Source: a virus
DNA: 64,000 nucleotides
Direction: 5' to 3' (one strand)
Virus record (IMG/VR): IMGVR_UViG_3300031949_000014
Shown: positions 27,199-35,602 of the stretch, piece after piece
Layout of the letters: every line of letters starts with the position of its first letter
Numbering within the stretch: the stretch's first letter is position 1
Notes under the pieces: generated by a model
Seen by the model: only the letters and a program-made list of their open reading frames with translations
Databases searched by the model: none
Told to the model about the DNA's origin: nothing
Made by a program: the position numbers and the translations under genes

Positions 27199-27863
27199 AA
27201 CTTCACGTTTGTTGGCTCTTAGACCCTTGGAGGGAGACTCGTAACCAGTACCTCGAAGCGTGGGTAAAAAAAGGCTTCGAGGTGCTTCTTTGGCACGGGG
27301 GGCAATTCACGTTCCCGCCCGTGTCTGGCGTCGAGCTCCGACACGCGCGGGGGCTCTTGGACGGCTCGCCCATCTCCCCCGCGTTCGAGTACCAGAAGAG
27401 CTTCATGGTCCACGCCGCGTGCGCGGACCTGTTTCGCTACGAGGTCCTCTTGCAGCACGGGGGCGCGTACGCCGACCTCGACGTGATGCCGCTCCGACTT
27501 CCTGTCGAGGTCCCCCCGGAGCCGCGGTTCGAGCAGGACCGACGCAGGAGCCTCGAGATACGCTTCCTGGCCGCCCCTGCCGGCCACGAGCTTATGCGCG
27601 CCCTGCGAGACGAGGCCGTGCGCCAGGAGGCAGCCTTCGTGGCGCAGGGGGGCTACAGGACCATCCTCGACCTGAAGAACGTGCTGGAGCGCACGGGTCC
27701 ACGCATGGCCGCACGCGTCGCGCGCGCCTGGGCCAAGGAACGTGGGGTGCCTTACGGGCGCCTGCTCCTGCCCAGGGTCGTCAACGCGAACACGCGCGAG
27801 AACCGGCGGGAGCATTACTCCCGCCGGTGGGCTGACGTTCACTCTCGGCTTACGCCGAAGTGA
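27195..27863 (+). CDS. DXD-type (GT32/Gly_transf_sug) glycosyltransferase, likely CTG start
   Basis: KLHVCWL...ADLFRYEVLLQHGGAYADLDV. Confidence 0.8.
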   Translation: MKLHVCWLLDPWRETRNQYLEAWVKKGFEVLLWHGGQFTFPPVSGVELRHARGLLDGSPISPAFEYQKSFMVHAACADLFRYEVLLQHGGAYADLDVMPLRLPVEVPPEPRFEQDRRRSLEIRFLAAPAGHELMRALRDEAVRQEAAFVAQGGYRTILDLKNVLERTGPRMAARVARAWAKERGVPYGRLLLPRVVNANTRENRREHYSRRWADVHSRLTPK

Positions 27864-28856
27864 TCAGCCAATCGTTCCGGTCGTAATCTCGACGACGCTC
27901 GCGTTCTCGAATTCCTCGTCGCCGATGTGCGCCTGGTTCGTCTCGGCCACGACAGCGCAGAAAAGCACGTCATCGCCGGCCGTCGCGAGGGAAGCCTTGA
28001 TCGAGTGCCCGGCCGGCAGGAACAGCGCGTTGTCACCTTCACCGCCGGCAACAGCGGCCAATGGGATCGGCGTGAACACACCAGCCGTGCACCCGACCAC
28101 CGCGAAGCGGATGTCTGCCGCGCCACTACCCGGGTTGATGTACACGTTGACGTTGTGTCCGACCGCGTCGAGGTTCAGGATGCCAAAGCTGCGGTAGGCC
28201 GCGGCCAGAGGCACGAACGATGACTCCGCGAGGTCATCCACGCCCGCGGGCGTGTACCAGCACTTGCCGGGCGGCACGAGCATCACAGTCTGCTTCGCGA
28301 CCGTGAGTTCGGTGCGGTGGTTGATGAGGTCGCCATCGATGAAGTTCGGCACGAACAGGCCGGTGCCCGTCAAGACGACGGTCGTGTCGGGAATGAAGAC
28401 GATGTCTTCGCCCGGCGCGAGGCAGAAATAGCTGCCGATGGAACCGTCATACTCGGCTGGATTGGCTTGGTCGACGCCCGTCGGAGCGATGCTGCCGATC
28501 AAGATGGCCTTGCCGTCCGGTCGCACGAGCGCGACGTCGCCGGCGATGCCCGTCACCCCGCCGTCGCCGGTGATGCCGAACAAGTTGCCCAGGTTCGCAC
28601 TGGAGGCGAGCACGATGCGCGAGCGGGCGCCCATGTAGCGCTCTTGCCCGAGGTCGAACTGACCGGCGGTGTCCTGTGCGCGCGGGGGCGTGTTCTTGGA
28701 GCCGCTGCCGGGCAACGGGGGGCCGGGGATGAGGATCTGGTGGCCACCAGCCTGATTGAGCACGTAGCTCCGGTGAGTTCCGTACGCCGCGAGCGCGCCC
28801 GCGAAGGGCTTAAGCGCCGCGTTCTTGCCAGCTCGGTCTTGCAATCCTGTCGACAT
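27864..28856 (-). CDS. Beta-rich virion protein, LQxRAGxN family
   Basis: MSTGLQDRAGKNAA; halves with FCLAPGEDIV and LFLPAGHSIK. Confidence 0.7.
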   Translation of the reverse strand: MSTGLQDRAGKNAALKPFAGALAAYGTHRSYVLNQAGGHQILIPGPPLPGSGSKNTPPRAQDTAGQFDLGQERYMGARSRIVLASSANLGNLFGITGDGGVTGIAGDVALVRPDGKAILIGSIAPTGVDQANPAEYDGSIGSYFCLAPGEDIVFIPDTTVVLTGTGLFVPNFIDGDLINHRTELTVAKQTVMLVPPGKCWYTPAGVDDLAESSFVPLAAAYRSFGILNLDAVGHNVNVYINPGSGAADIRFAVVGCTAGVFTPIPLAAVAGGEGDNALFLPAGHSIKASLATAGDDVLFCAVVAETNQAHIGDEEFENASVVEITTGTIG

Positions 28857-28925
28857 GGTTTTTCTCTCCTACAGGGGAAAGGGGTAGGGTTAGAATCTAC
28901 GCCTTCTCCAACGCGCAGGTCAACG

Positions 28926-29315
28926 GTGAGTCGTAAGTACGAGTGTAAGATTACGGTGCACGACCTTGGAAGCGCGACCTGGCGCATCTCCGCAACCGCA
29001 CCCGGCGCCTCCGGGCACCTCGTGCTCGCGGTCGAGAAGCTGTACTTGCGCACGCGGGTGTTCTCCGTCGCGCCGCCGCGCGCGGGCATCGGCGAGGTCC
29101 TGCACCGGCGAGCCTGGGCGCTCGCGCGTGAGTTGGAGCTGGAATTCGCGAGCGCGTACTTCAAGGAGATGAACGCGGCCGGCATCGCGTTCGCGAGGAA
29201 CAGGTTCGAGCGTGGGTACGCCGAGGACCTAGGGACGTTCTACGTGTACCGATACGACGTCAGCAGCTTGACGTCTTCGCCCAACCGCGGCGAAGGCACA
29301 ACAGAGCGTCCTTGA
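28926..29315 (+). CDS. GNAT-like acetyltransferase, inserted in opposite orientation
   Basis: RAGIGEVLHRRAWALARE...MNAAGIAF; TAGAAT at 28891. Confidence 0.5.
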   Translation: MSRKYECKITVHDLGSATWRISATAPGASGHLVLAVEKLYLRTRVFSVAPPRAGIGEVLHRRAWALARELELEFASAYFKEMNAAGIAFARNRFERGYAEDLGTFYVYRYDVSSLTSSPNRGEGTTERP

Positions 29316-29387
29316 GGTCTGCTTTGCAGTCCGGACAAAGGTCCGCAGGCTTCTCTGTCTTCGGCTCAGGCTCGGTCTTCGACGCGT

Positions 29388-30212
29388 TCACGCAGTGTCT
29401 TCGACGTTGTAGTACTGGAATACGGAACGGACCTTGAGGCTCGCTGCGGCGCCGACGCGCTGGGCTCGCAGGGATTGACCAGGGGAGAGAAGTAACGGTG
29501 CCGTGCCAAAACTGGCGCCAAGAGCATCCAGAGTATTAGGGCTTGAAGCAAAACCAGCGATAATTCTGTAGTCCACGCCCTCATCATTCAAGAAGAGGTC
29601 CAACGTGGTCCCGACATCTGTCGTAGTGGTGATCGAACAGCCGGAGCTGCCCGGCGGAGCATCGAAACCGAACGGCACCAACTGAATGCCTTTTCCTGGA
29701 GGGGCTTCAAAGAGCGTCTTGACAGCACCGTCAGCCAAGTCCACGACGGACTGCTGCACGCCGCCAGGGCCGGGGTCCGTGTAGTACAACTCCAGCGCCA
29801 AGAACCCTTTGCCGACGGTCGCCGCGACCGGCCGGTAGATGAACTTCTCTCCGGGCGACAACGCGAAGGCCCCGAAAATCACACCTTGGTAATCCAAAGG
29901 CGCCAAAGCAGGGCCTGGTGCAACAACAGGCGCAATGCCTGTCTCTTCGCCTTGGGCGTTAACCAAGAAGACCTTTCCCGCGAGACCCGCCCCGCTGGTC
30001 CCCAAAGCCATGCCGAAGTCCTGGGTTACCAATCCGGGGCCCGACGTGAACAGGAGTTCTCCTGGAGGGCACTCGGCAACAAGCTGGTCTCCGAGAGAGT
30101 CGTCGAGGAGCACGCGCGGCACCTGCGCGCGGACCAACGCGCTGTTGTAGAAACGCGAAGGAACGTTCGCGCCGGCGCGGTTCTGAAGCTGTCGGTTGTT
30201 GCCTGCGGACAT
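29388..30212 (-). CDS. Beta-rich virion protein, LQxRAGxN family
   Basis: RQLQNRAGANVPSRF; FALSPGEKF and LLLSPGQSL halves. Confidence 0.7.
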   Translation of the reverse strand: MSAGNNRQLQNRAGANVPSRFYNSALVRAQVPRVLLDDSLGDQLVAECPPGELLFTSGPGLVTQDFGMALGTSGAGLAGKVFLVNAQGEETGIAPVVAPGPALAPLDYQGVIFGAFALSPGEKFIYRPVAATVGKGFLALELYYTDPGPGGVQQSVVDLADGAVKTLFEAPPGKGIQLVPFGFDAPPGSSGCSITTTTDVGTTLDLFLNDEGVDYRIIAGFASSPNTLDALGASFGTAPLLLSPGQSLRAQRVGAAASLKVRSVFQYYNVEDTA

Positions 30213-30226
30213 GTTTCTACAGCAGC

Positions 30227-31069
30227 CTACTCCCCTTCGGCGTTGTACTCAACAAAGGTCGCGAGCACGCCCAGGAACGCGCCGGCTTGGAACGCACCGG
30301 CTTGGCGCCGGGCCTTGAGGGTCCAACCCGATGGGATCACGAACCTCCCGTTGGACATGAGAGGCGCCGTGAGAATCGCCAGGTTCGCGAACCCCGGCGC
30401 AGCGGTCCCGATCGGCGCCGAAGCCCCGCACGGCAGCACCCCGAAGTCAGGATGCGACAAGAAGAACTCCACGCTCTGGGCATTCGCGCTGTCCGTGTTC
30501 TCGCCCAAGACCGTGTAAGGCAAGATGACCGTGCCCAAAGCCTCGATGTCGGCCAAGACCTTGCCCGGCGCTGCCGTCGCGACGTCCACCAAACCCCCGC
30601 CGGACAAGTCCGCGCGGTACGGCTTCGGGCGCGACGGCTCGGCCTTGTCGAGGACATGGACACGAGAGAAGAAAACCGAGTCTCCACCGCCTGTTGGGGC
30701 GACAACGACGATCTTCTCACCTTCATCGAGCACGAAGTAGGTCTGCGAGAGGGTCGTGAAGACGTGCGTGAGCACTCCCACGTTCGACGCATAGGCTCCG
30801 AGAGCCGCGAGCTTCCCAAGCTTGTCCTGCAAGTAAAGCGCCCCGCTCACGGTAGCCAACGCGGACCGTTCGACCACGTACCCGATGTCGCCGGTAAGCG
30901 AGTCGCACACGGCCTCGAGCCCTGTGCCGATCACGATGTCGTGGTCCGCACCATCACCCGGCACGCTCTTCACGCCGCCTTGGATACCCAAGGACGCACG
31001 ACCAGCAGCCCAACGCGAAGGCGCGTTCTGGCCCGCACGCTGCTGAAGAGACCTGTTGCCTGCGGCCAC
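30227..31069 (-). CDS. Beta-rich virion protein, LQxRAGxN family
   Basis: RSLQQRAGQNAPSRW; FVLDEGEKI and FVIPSGWTL halves. Confidence 0.7.
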   Translation of the reverse strand: MAAGNRSLQQRAGQNAPSRWAAGRASLGIQGGVKSVPGDGADHDIVIGTGLEAVCDSLTGDIGYVVERSALATVSGALYLQDKLGKLAALGAYASNVGVLTHVFTTLSQTYFVLDEGEKIVVVAPTGGGDSVFFSRVHVLDKAEPSRPKPYRADLSGGGLVDVATAAPGKVLADIEALGTVILPYTVLGENTDSANAQSVEFFLSHPDFGVLPCGASAPIGTAAPGFANLAILTAPLMSNGRFVIPSGWTLKARRQAGAFQAGAFLGVLATFVEYNAEGE

Positions 31070-31079
31070 AACCTACCTA

Positions 31080-31199
31080 CTAGGCTGGCTTGTTCGAGAC
31101 GATTTTGCCCTTGCGTCCCCAGCAGACTTTTCGCTTGCGCCCGCCGCGCATGCGAACGATCTTGCAGTGTGGGCCCTTCGGCTGATGCTTCCTTCGCAT
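31080..31199 (-). CDS. 39-aa basic Cys-containing protein
   Basis: GAGG RBS; MRRKHQPKGPHCKIVRMRGGRKRKVCWGRKGKIVSNKPA; not in the ORF track. Confidence 0.5.
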   Translation of the reverse strand: MRRKHQPKGPHCKIVRMRGGRKRKVCWGRKGKIVSNKPA

Positions 31200-31221
31200 G
31201 ACGTGCACCTCGAAGGAGAGG

Positions 31222-31524
31222 CTACTCCTCTTCAGTCAGCTCTGGCAAGTTCGGGGGCAACCTCAACGGCTCGGTGAGTTTGCGCAGGACCAGGAGCGCC
31301 ACCGCGAACCCCGGCGCCGCGGCCGCAAGCGCCAACCCCCCGTCGAAATGGAAGGTGGCAGAGGTCAACAAGAACGTGCTCCAGAAAGACATGCAAACGT
31401 CGCACGCCCAGGGCTTCTTCTGCTCCCGGACGAGCCTCTGAACGAGCGGGAGCGCGCGCAAGAAGACAACGAGACCAGCAGCGGAAAGGCCGACGAGGAT
31501 GACGCGGAAAAACAAGTCGGTCAT
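31222..31524 (-). CDS. DUF1360-like membrane protein
   Basis: TM segments flanking WACDVCMSFW. Confidence 0.65.
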   Translation of the reverse strand: MTDLFFRVILVGLSAAGLVVFLRALPLVQRLVREQKKPWACDVCMSFWSTFLLTSATFHFDGGLALAAAAPGFAVALLVLRKLTEPLRLPPNLPELTEEE

Positions 31525-31910
31525 TCAAATCTCCGACCAGCGCGTTCCTCGGCCTCGACCCAGTCGCCCCAGCTTGTGGCCCAGACGCGCCCGCGATCGA
31601 GGTCGAGGAGAATTGTCGGCTCGTAGGTCTCCCCCTTGTTCACATAGTACGCGCCGTGCGCTCCGTGCTGGTCATCGTCGTCTGAGCGGATGTACTCGAC
31701 GCCGCTTCCGTCGAGAATCTTGTCCGCTTGTTCCAACATCGCGCGCGTCTTCAACTGCCGGTCGCGCCAGGCGAGAAGCAGCTTACGGAGCTGGGAGATC
31801 TTCAGCGCAACGAATTCGTCGCTCGGGATGCGCCCAGGGAACGACAGATCCTTGCGAATCGTTGAAGAGAGCATGCGCCTGAGCATCTCTTTGCTGGGTA
31901 TGCTGCGCAT
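31521..31910 (-). CDS. Conserved phage hypothetical protein
   Basis: GVEYI...YVNKGETYEPTILLD...TSWGDWVE. Confidence 0.7.
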   Translation of the reverse strand: MRSIPSKEMLRRMLSSTIRKDLSFPGRIPSDEFVALKISQLRKLLLAWRDRQLKTRAMLEQADKILDGSGVEYIRSDDDDQHGAHGAYYVNKGETYEPTILLDLDRGRVWATSWGDWVEAEERAGRRFE

Positions 31911-32158
31911 CAGCTTTCCTCCACCTGAAAGTACTTCAAACCACGTCCGAGGCGCCAGTGCTCGATCACTCTCCCGTTGTAGAAGACGGCGATCTCGGGC
32001 CAGGTGAACATCGTCCCCGGCACGGCCATTTTCTTCATCCGGCGCACCAGGTCCGCGGCTTCCTTCTTCGTCCCGACCGCCTTCTTTCCCGACGCGTTGT
32101 CGGGTTGAAGTTCACGATGGAGCTTGTGGTCCCGCCAGACGGCGACGACGTAGGTCAC
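31910..32158 (-). CDS. Hypothetical protein
   Basis: Coupled stop/start. Confidence 0.55.
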   Translation of the reverse strand: MTYVVAVWRDHKLHRELQPDNASGKKAVGTKKEAADLVRRMKKMAVPGTMFTWPEIAVFYNGRVIEHWRLGRGLKYFQVEES

Positions 32159-32454
32159 AACCCTGCCCGCCTCAACTTGTCGTAGTACCTCGGGTCCTCG
32201 GTGAGGTGGTCCATGGCGATTTCGCGAGCGAGCTTCTTGCTCCGCGTGTGCTCCATCTCGACGCGTGTACCGATCTTCAACTGCTTCGCGCTGAAATCCG
32301 ACGGCCGCATGCCAGAAGCCCGCCCCCCAGGAATGCGTTCGCGGTATGCGGATGAAAACCCACTTCGCGCCGGTCTCGCCACGGCAGCGACCGTGAACAA
32401 GCCGATGGCCGCGGCGAGAGCAAGAGGAACAGCGCCTGGAGGAGCTTCAGCCAT
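32155..32454 (-). CDS. Membrane-anchored DUF5661-like protein
   Basis: GTRVEMEHT...AREIAMDHLTEDPRYYDKL after a TM leader. Confidence 0.75.
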   Translation of the reverse strand: MAEAPPGAVPLALAAAIGLFTVAAVARPARSGFSSAYRERIPGGRASGMRPSDFSAKQLKIGTRVEMEHTRSKKLAREIAMDHLTEDPRYYDKLRRAGL

Positions 32455-32457
32455 CGA

Positions 32458-32853
32458 TCACCTGTAGAAGTGCGCGTTCGGGTACTTCTCCAACACTTTG
32501 CGCTTCGCCTCAGCACGCGAACTCGCGCGCAGCATGGCGTCCACCGTGCCTTCGTCGTTGGCGTACCAGTAGAGCGGCGCACCCCAACCGAAGTACGTGC
32601 CGTTTGGGTCATAGCCGCCGGAGTTGAGCCGGATGCGCTGCAGCGAGAGCTTCATCGACTCCGTCGCCGGTGCTTCGTGAATCGTCCTGCGGCCGAGCGC
32701 CGCGCCTCGCCGCGGGTCGCCGCCCCAACCTCGTGGGTCGTTCCGCTTGTAGCTGGGCCCCGCGAGACCGCTGCGACGCGGACGCGCAACGACGGACACA
32801 GTGAACAACCCGATGGCCGCGGCGAGCGCGAGAGGAACTGAACCCGGAGTCAT
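32458..32853 (-). CDS. Membrane-anchored phage hypothetical protein sharing its leader with 32155-32454
   Basis: VPLALAAAIGLFTV leader; RIRLNSGGYD...YFG.GAPLY cargo. Confidence 0.7.
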   Translation of the reverse strand: MTPGSVPLALAAAIGLFTVSVVARPRRSGLAGPSYKRNDPRGWGGDPRRGAALGRRTIHEAPATESMKLSLQRIRLNSGGYDPNGTYFGWGAPLYWYANDEGTVDAMLRASSRAEAKRKVLEKYPNAHFYR

Positions 32854-33365
32854 CGACGGGCGCCTTTCCTGTACCTGTGCCTGTGCCTGAAGGCACGCAC
32901 CCCACCAAGCCCGGCGCGACGCCGGCGAGCAACGATGGCGGCCACCGAGATGGCGAGGACACCGAACGTGAGCCCCCACCAGTTTGCATGCCCGGTGATG
33001 TTCTCTTCTGGTAGCGTGACGGCTTTAGAAGGGTCGCTCACCACGAGTTCAACTCGCTGCAAGCCGGTTGTCGCCACAGCGAGCGCGCCGATTGCGCGTT
33101 GCAATTCAGCCTGCCGCGCCGCGAGGTCCTCCTTCGTACGACACCACACCCCAGAACCAAAACCGTCGTCGTACCACTGCACAGCAGACTGGAATGTCGT
33201 CCACAGAGCATCCTTCACGCTCTTTGTCAGCTTGGGGTAACGGAGAGCCTCGTCCCAGAGCGCTCCCCAATCCGCATTCAACTTCTGGGCCGCGTTGAAG
33301 TTCGCCGTGCACGCGACAACAGCGCCGAAGCCAGAGAAGGAGCGATTCTGTTGGGTCTCGAACAT
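32850..33365 (-). CDS. Hypothetical protein with C-terminal TM and basic tail
   Basis: FSGFG near the N-terminus; RAGLGG after the TM. Confidence 0.65.
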   Translation of the reverse strand: MFETQQNRSFSGFGAVVACTANFNAAQKLNADWGALWDEALRYPKLTKSVKDALWTTFQSAVQWYDDGFGSGVWCRTKEDLAARQAELQRAIGALAVATTGLQRVELVVSDPSKAVTLPEENITGHANWWGLTFGVLAISVAAIVARRRRAGLGGVRAFRHRHRYRKGARR

Positions 33366-33559
33366 CAACGGCCCTTGCGGTATCGACTGACGCACTTGAC
33401 CATCTGCCAGCGGCCACTCGGAAGCCTCTTATGAACGCAGCTCCGCATGTTGCCCATCGCGATGGCGTAACGGGCTTGCTCAATCGCCGCCCTCTTCGTC
33501 GTAAAGGTGGAGAAGTGGCGCGTCGAACTGTAGGTGGTCTTGTAGAGCTGCTTTTTCAT
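33365..33559 (-). CDS. Small basic protein
   Basis: MKKQLYK start; coupled. Confidence 0.55.
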   Translation of the reverse strand: MKKQLYKTTYSSTRHFSTFTTKRAAIEQARYAIAMGNMRSCVHKRLPSGRWQMVKCVSRYRKGR

Positions 33560-33560
33560 G

Positions 33561-33761
33561 TCAGTGGTCATAAGTGCACGGACAGTCCGCCGTGAACTCC
33601 AACTCCATCTTGGCACCCTTCCGGCGCGCGGTGATGTACTTCTGCAAAGGGCGCGAGAAGTACACGTGGCGCTTCGCGTTGGAGTACTCCGGCAACGGTT
33701 CACCTTGGTAGCCTTGGATGTGGGTGTGGTAGTCGCCCAGCGGTACGGAGACCCGGGTCAT
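33561..33761 (-). CDS. Small hypothetical protein
   Basis: ATGA overlap. Confidence 0.55.
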   Translation of the reverse strand: MTRVSVPLGDYHTHIQGYQGEPLPEYSNAKRHVYFSRPLQKYITARRKGAKMELEFTADCPCTYDH

Positions 33762-35593
33762 ACGTACCTCGCCGTCATTCTCAACGCCGAAGGTATCACA
33801 GCCGGACGCGCGGCGGAACGCACGCAGGCAGTCTGGACGACCTGGAACATCTGGCGAGTTGCCTCCACCACGGTCATCCTCTTCAACCCGTGCGCTTGGT
33901 AGCAGAGGTCGAGCATGCGAGCCTTGTCATTCGAAGTAAGACACCCCGCCTGCACTGGATTTCCTGCCACCCAGTCGTCGAGGAGTTTCTTGCAGAACGC
34001 CTGCGCGACGTCGACTTTCGGTGCTTTTGGAATCGCTGGCACGAAGGGCCTCGCGGGTGCTTTGAACAACCCCGGCTGTCCCGGCACCGACGTCGGCACT
34101 TGTGCCGATGGTGCGCCGCCTTGGAGCTGTTTCAAGCGCGCGCAGGAAGCCTGGTCACCGATGACGCACCCGGCGCGAGCGGTCTTGATTTCGGCGGCGC
34201 GCGGGTCCGCTTGAATCTGCTTCTGCCCGTACGCCTGATGTCGCGCCTGGTCCGCCCGCATCGCTTTCAACCGCGTCTCCTCGGCTTGGATGATGCGGTT
34301 CATGACGTCGAACGTGAACTTGAGCCACTGCTGTGTCGCGGGCGTCTGCGCAGCCTGGAACGCGACGGCGGCCTTGGTGAACTCTGTCACCGCTTGAAAA
34401 CGTCCAACTAACCCGCGCTGCGCGGCAGCGGCGTACTTCTGCAATTCCGCCTGCCTCGCCTGAAGCTGGCTCACGAGTGTTGGGTAATCCCCGAACCTCT
34501 TCCAGTTACCGAAGACGTCGAGGTTCTCGGGCAACTTGTTGAACTCGTCGAGCGTGGCCGACACGGCCCAGAGCCCCATTGTTGCCGGCGTGCCCAACGA
34601 GAAGCTGATCGCTTCGCCACGGAGTTGTCGCAGGTATGTCGAGCACGCGACGGCTTCTCCGAGCCCACAACGTGCTCCAGACACAGCCCAAGACGTTCCA
34701 CCACCGAACGTCCCGCCAATTTCCTGCCTGAGTGCTCGCGCCTGCGGACTGTCTAACTGCCGTGTGGTCCAGGGGATGAGGCCCAAGGCGTCGATGCCTG
34801 CGGGCACGCTCGGACAAGACCATGGCGTCTTGCACTTGACCTGCGCCGGCGGCGGCTCTGCGGCGAAGAGCTTCGAGAACGGCTTCAGGATTGCCTTGGC
34901 GGCCGACAAGCTCAAACCAAGCGGCGTGAACTTCACGACGGTCGCGATGGCCTTGAACACCGGACTCTTCCGGATCAGGTTCTTGAGCACGTTGACGCCC
35001 AACGCGACGCCGATGCCGATGACAGTACCGAGCCCCGGCACGACAGAGCCCGCGGCCGCGCCGACGACGAGCGAGGTGAGCGCGCTCGCGGCAGCTTGTG
35101 CACCGACGGTCAACGCCGTGTCGAGCGCACCTTCGACGGACGTCGGCACGAGGCTGCCGAGGGTCTTGCCTATTTCTTTGGCGTTGAACTTCTTCGGGAA
35201 CGTGATGGGGATACCGATTTCAGCTTGAACAGCTTTCTCTCCGAGCTGCCTCGCAGTGTCGTACCCGGCCTGCGCGATGCCTTTGGCGCTGAAATCAGTC
35301 GGAACCGTGAAAGGGACTCCCGTAGCCTTCGATGCCTCTCGGACGCCATACGCGGCCGCGCTGCGTGCCGCACCGCCGACGGAGGTCGGCACCTGCCCAG
35401 GTAGACCTGTTCGCTGCCACGCCTGCTGTGCGCCGTACGCGGCCGCGCTCTTCACGGCGCCCTTCGCGCCGCCGGAGGCCGCACCTTGAGCTACCGCGAC
35501 GAGTGGCGCCGGCAGAGACGGGAAAGCCGGCAGCGCCGCGAAGCCGCCGCAGCTCCCGCACCCGCAACCGCTGCCGCAGCTTTCGAGGGCCAC
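33758..35593 (-). CDS. Large Ala/Gly-rich protein with hydrophobic glycine-zipper hairpin (candidate DNA-delivery/membrane protein)
   Basis: AGGAGG RBS; SAAAYG repeats; LVVGAAAGSVVPGLGTVIGIGVALG. Confidence 0.65.
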   Translation of the reverse strand: MALESCGSGCGCGSCGGFAALPAFPSLPAPLVAVAQGAASGGAKGAVKSAAAYGAQQAWQRTGLPGQVPTSVGGAARSAAAYGVREASKATGVPFTVPTDFSAKGIAQAGYDTARQLGEKAVQAEIGIPITFPKKFNAKEIGKTLGSLVPTSVEGALDTALTVGAQAAASALTSLVVGAAAGSVVPGLGTVIGIGVALGVNVLKNLIRKSPVFKAIATVVKFTPLGLSLSAAKAILKPFSKLFAAEPPPAQVKCKTPWSCPSVPAGIDALGLIPWTTRQLDSPQARALRQEIGGTFGGGTSWAVSGARCGLGEAVACSTYLRQLRGEAISFSLGTPATMGLWAVSATLDEFNKLPENLDVFGNWKRFGDYPTLVSQLQARQAELQKYAAAAQRGLVGRFQAVTEFTKAAVAFQAAQTPATQQWLKFTFDVMNRIIQAEETRLKAMRADQARHQAYGQKQIQADPRAAEIKTARAGCVIGDQASCARLKQLQGGAPSAQVPTSVPGQPGLFKAPARPFVPAIPKAPKVDVAQAFCKKLLDDWVAGNPVQAGCLTSNDKARMLDLCYQAHGLKRMTVVEATRQMFQVVQTACVRSAARPAVIPSALRMTARYV

Positions 35594-35602
35594 AAGGGCC
35601 TC

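Noticed and set aside
28317-28925. N-terminal part of ORF 28317-29315
   Set aside because: Antisense to 27864-28856; only 28926-29315 looks like a real gene.
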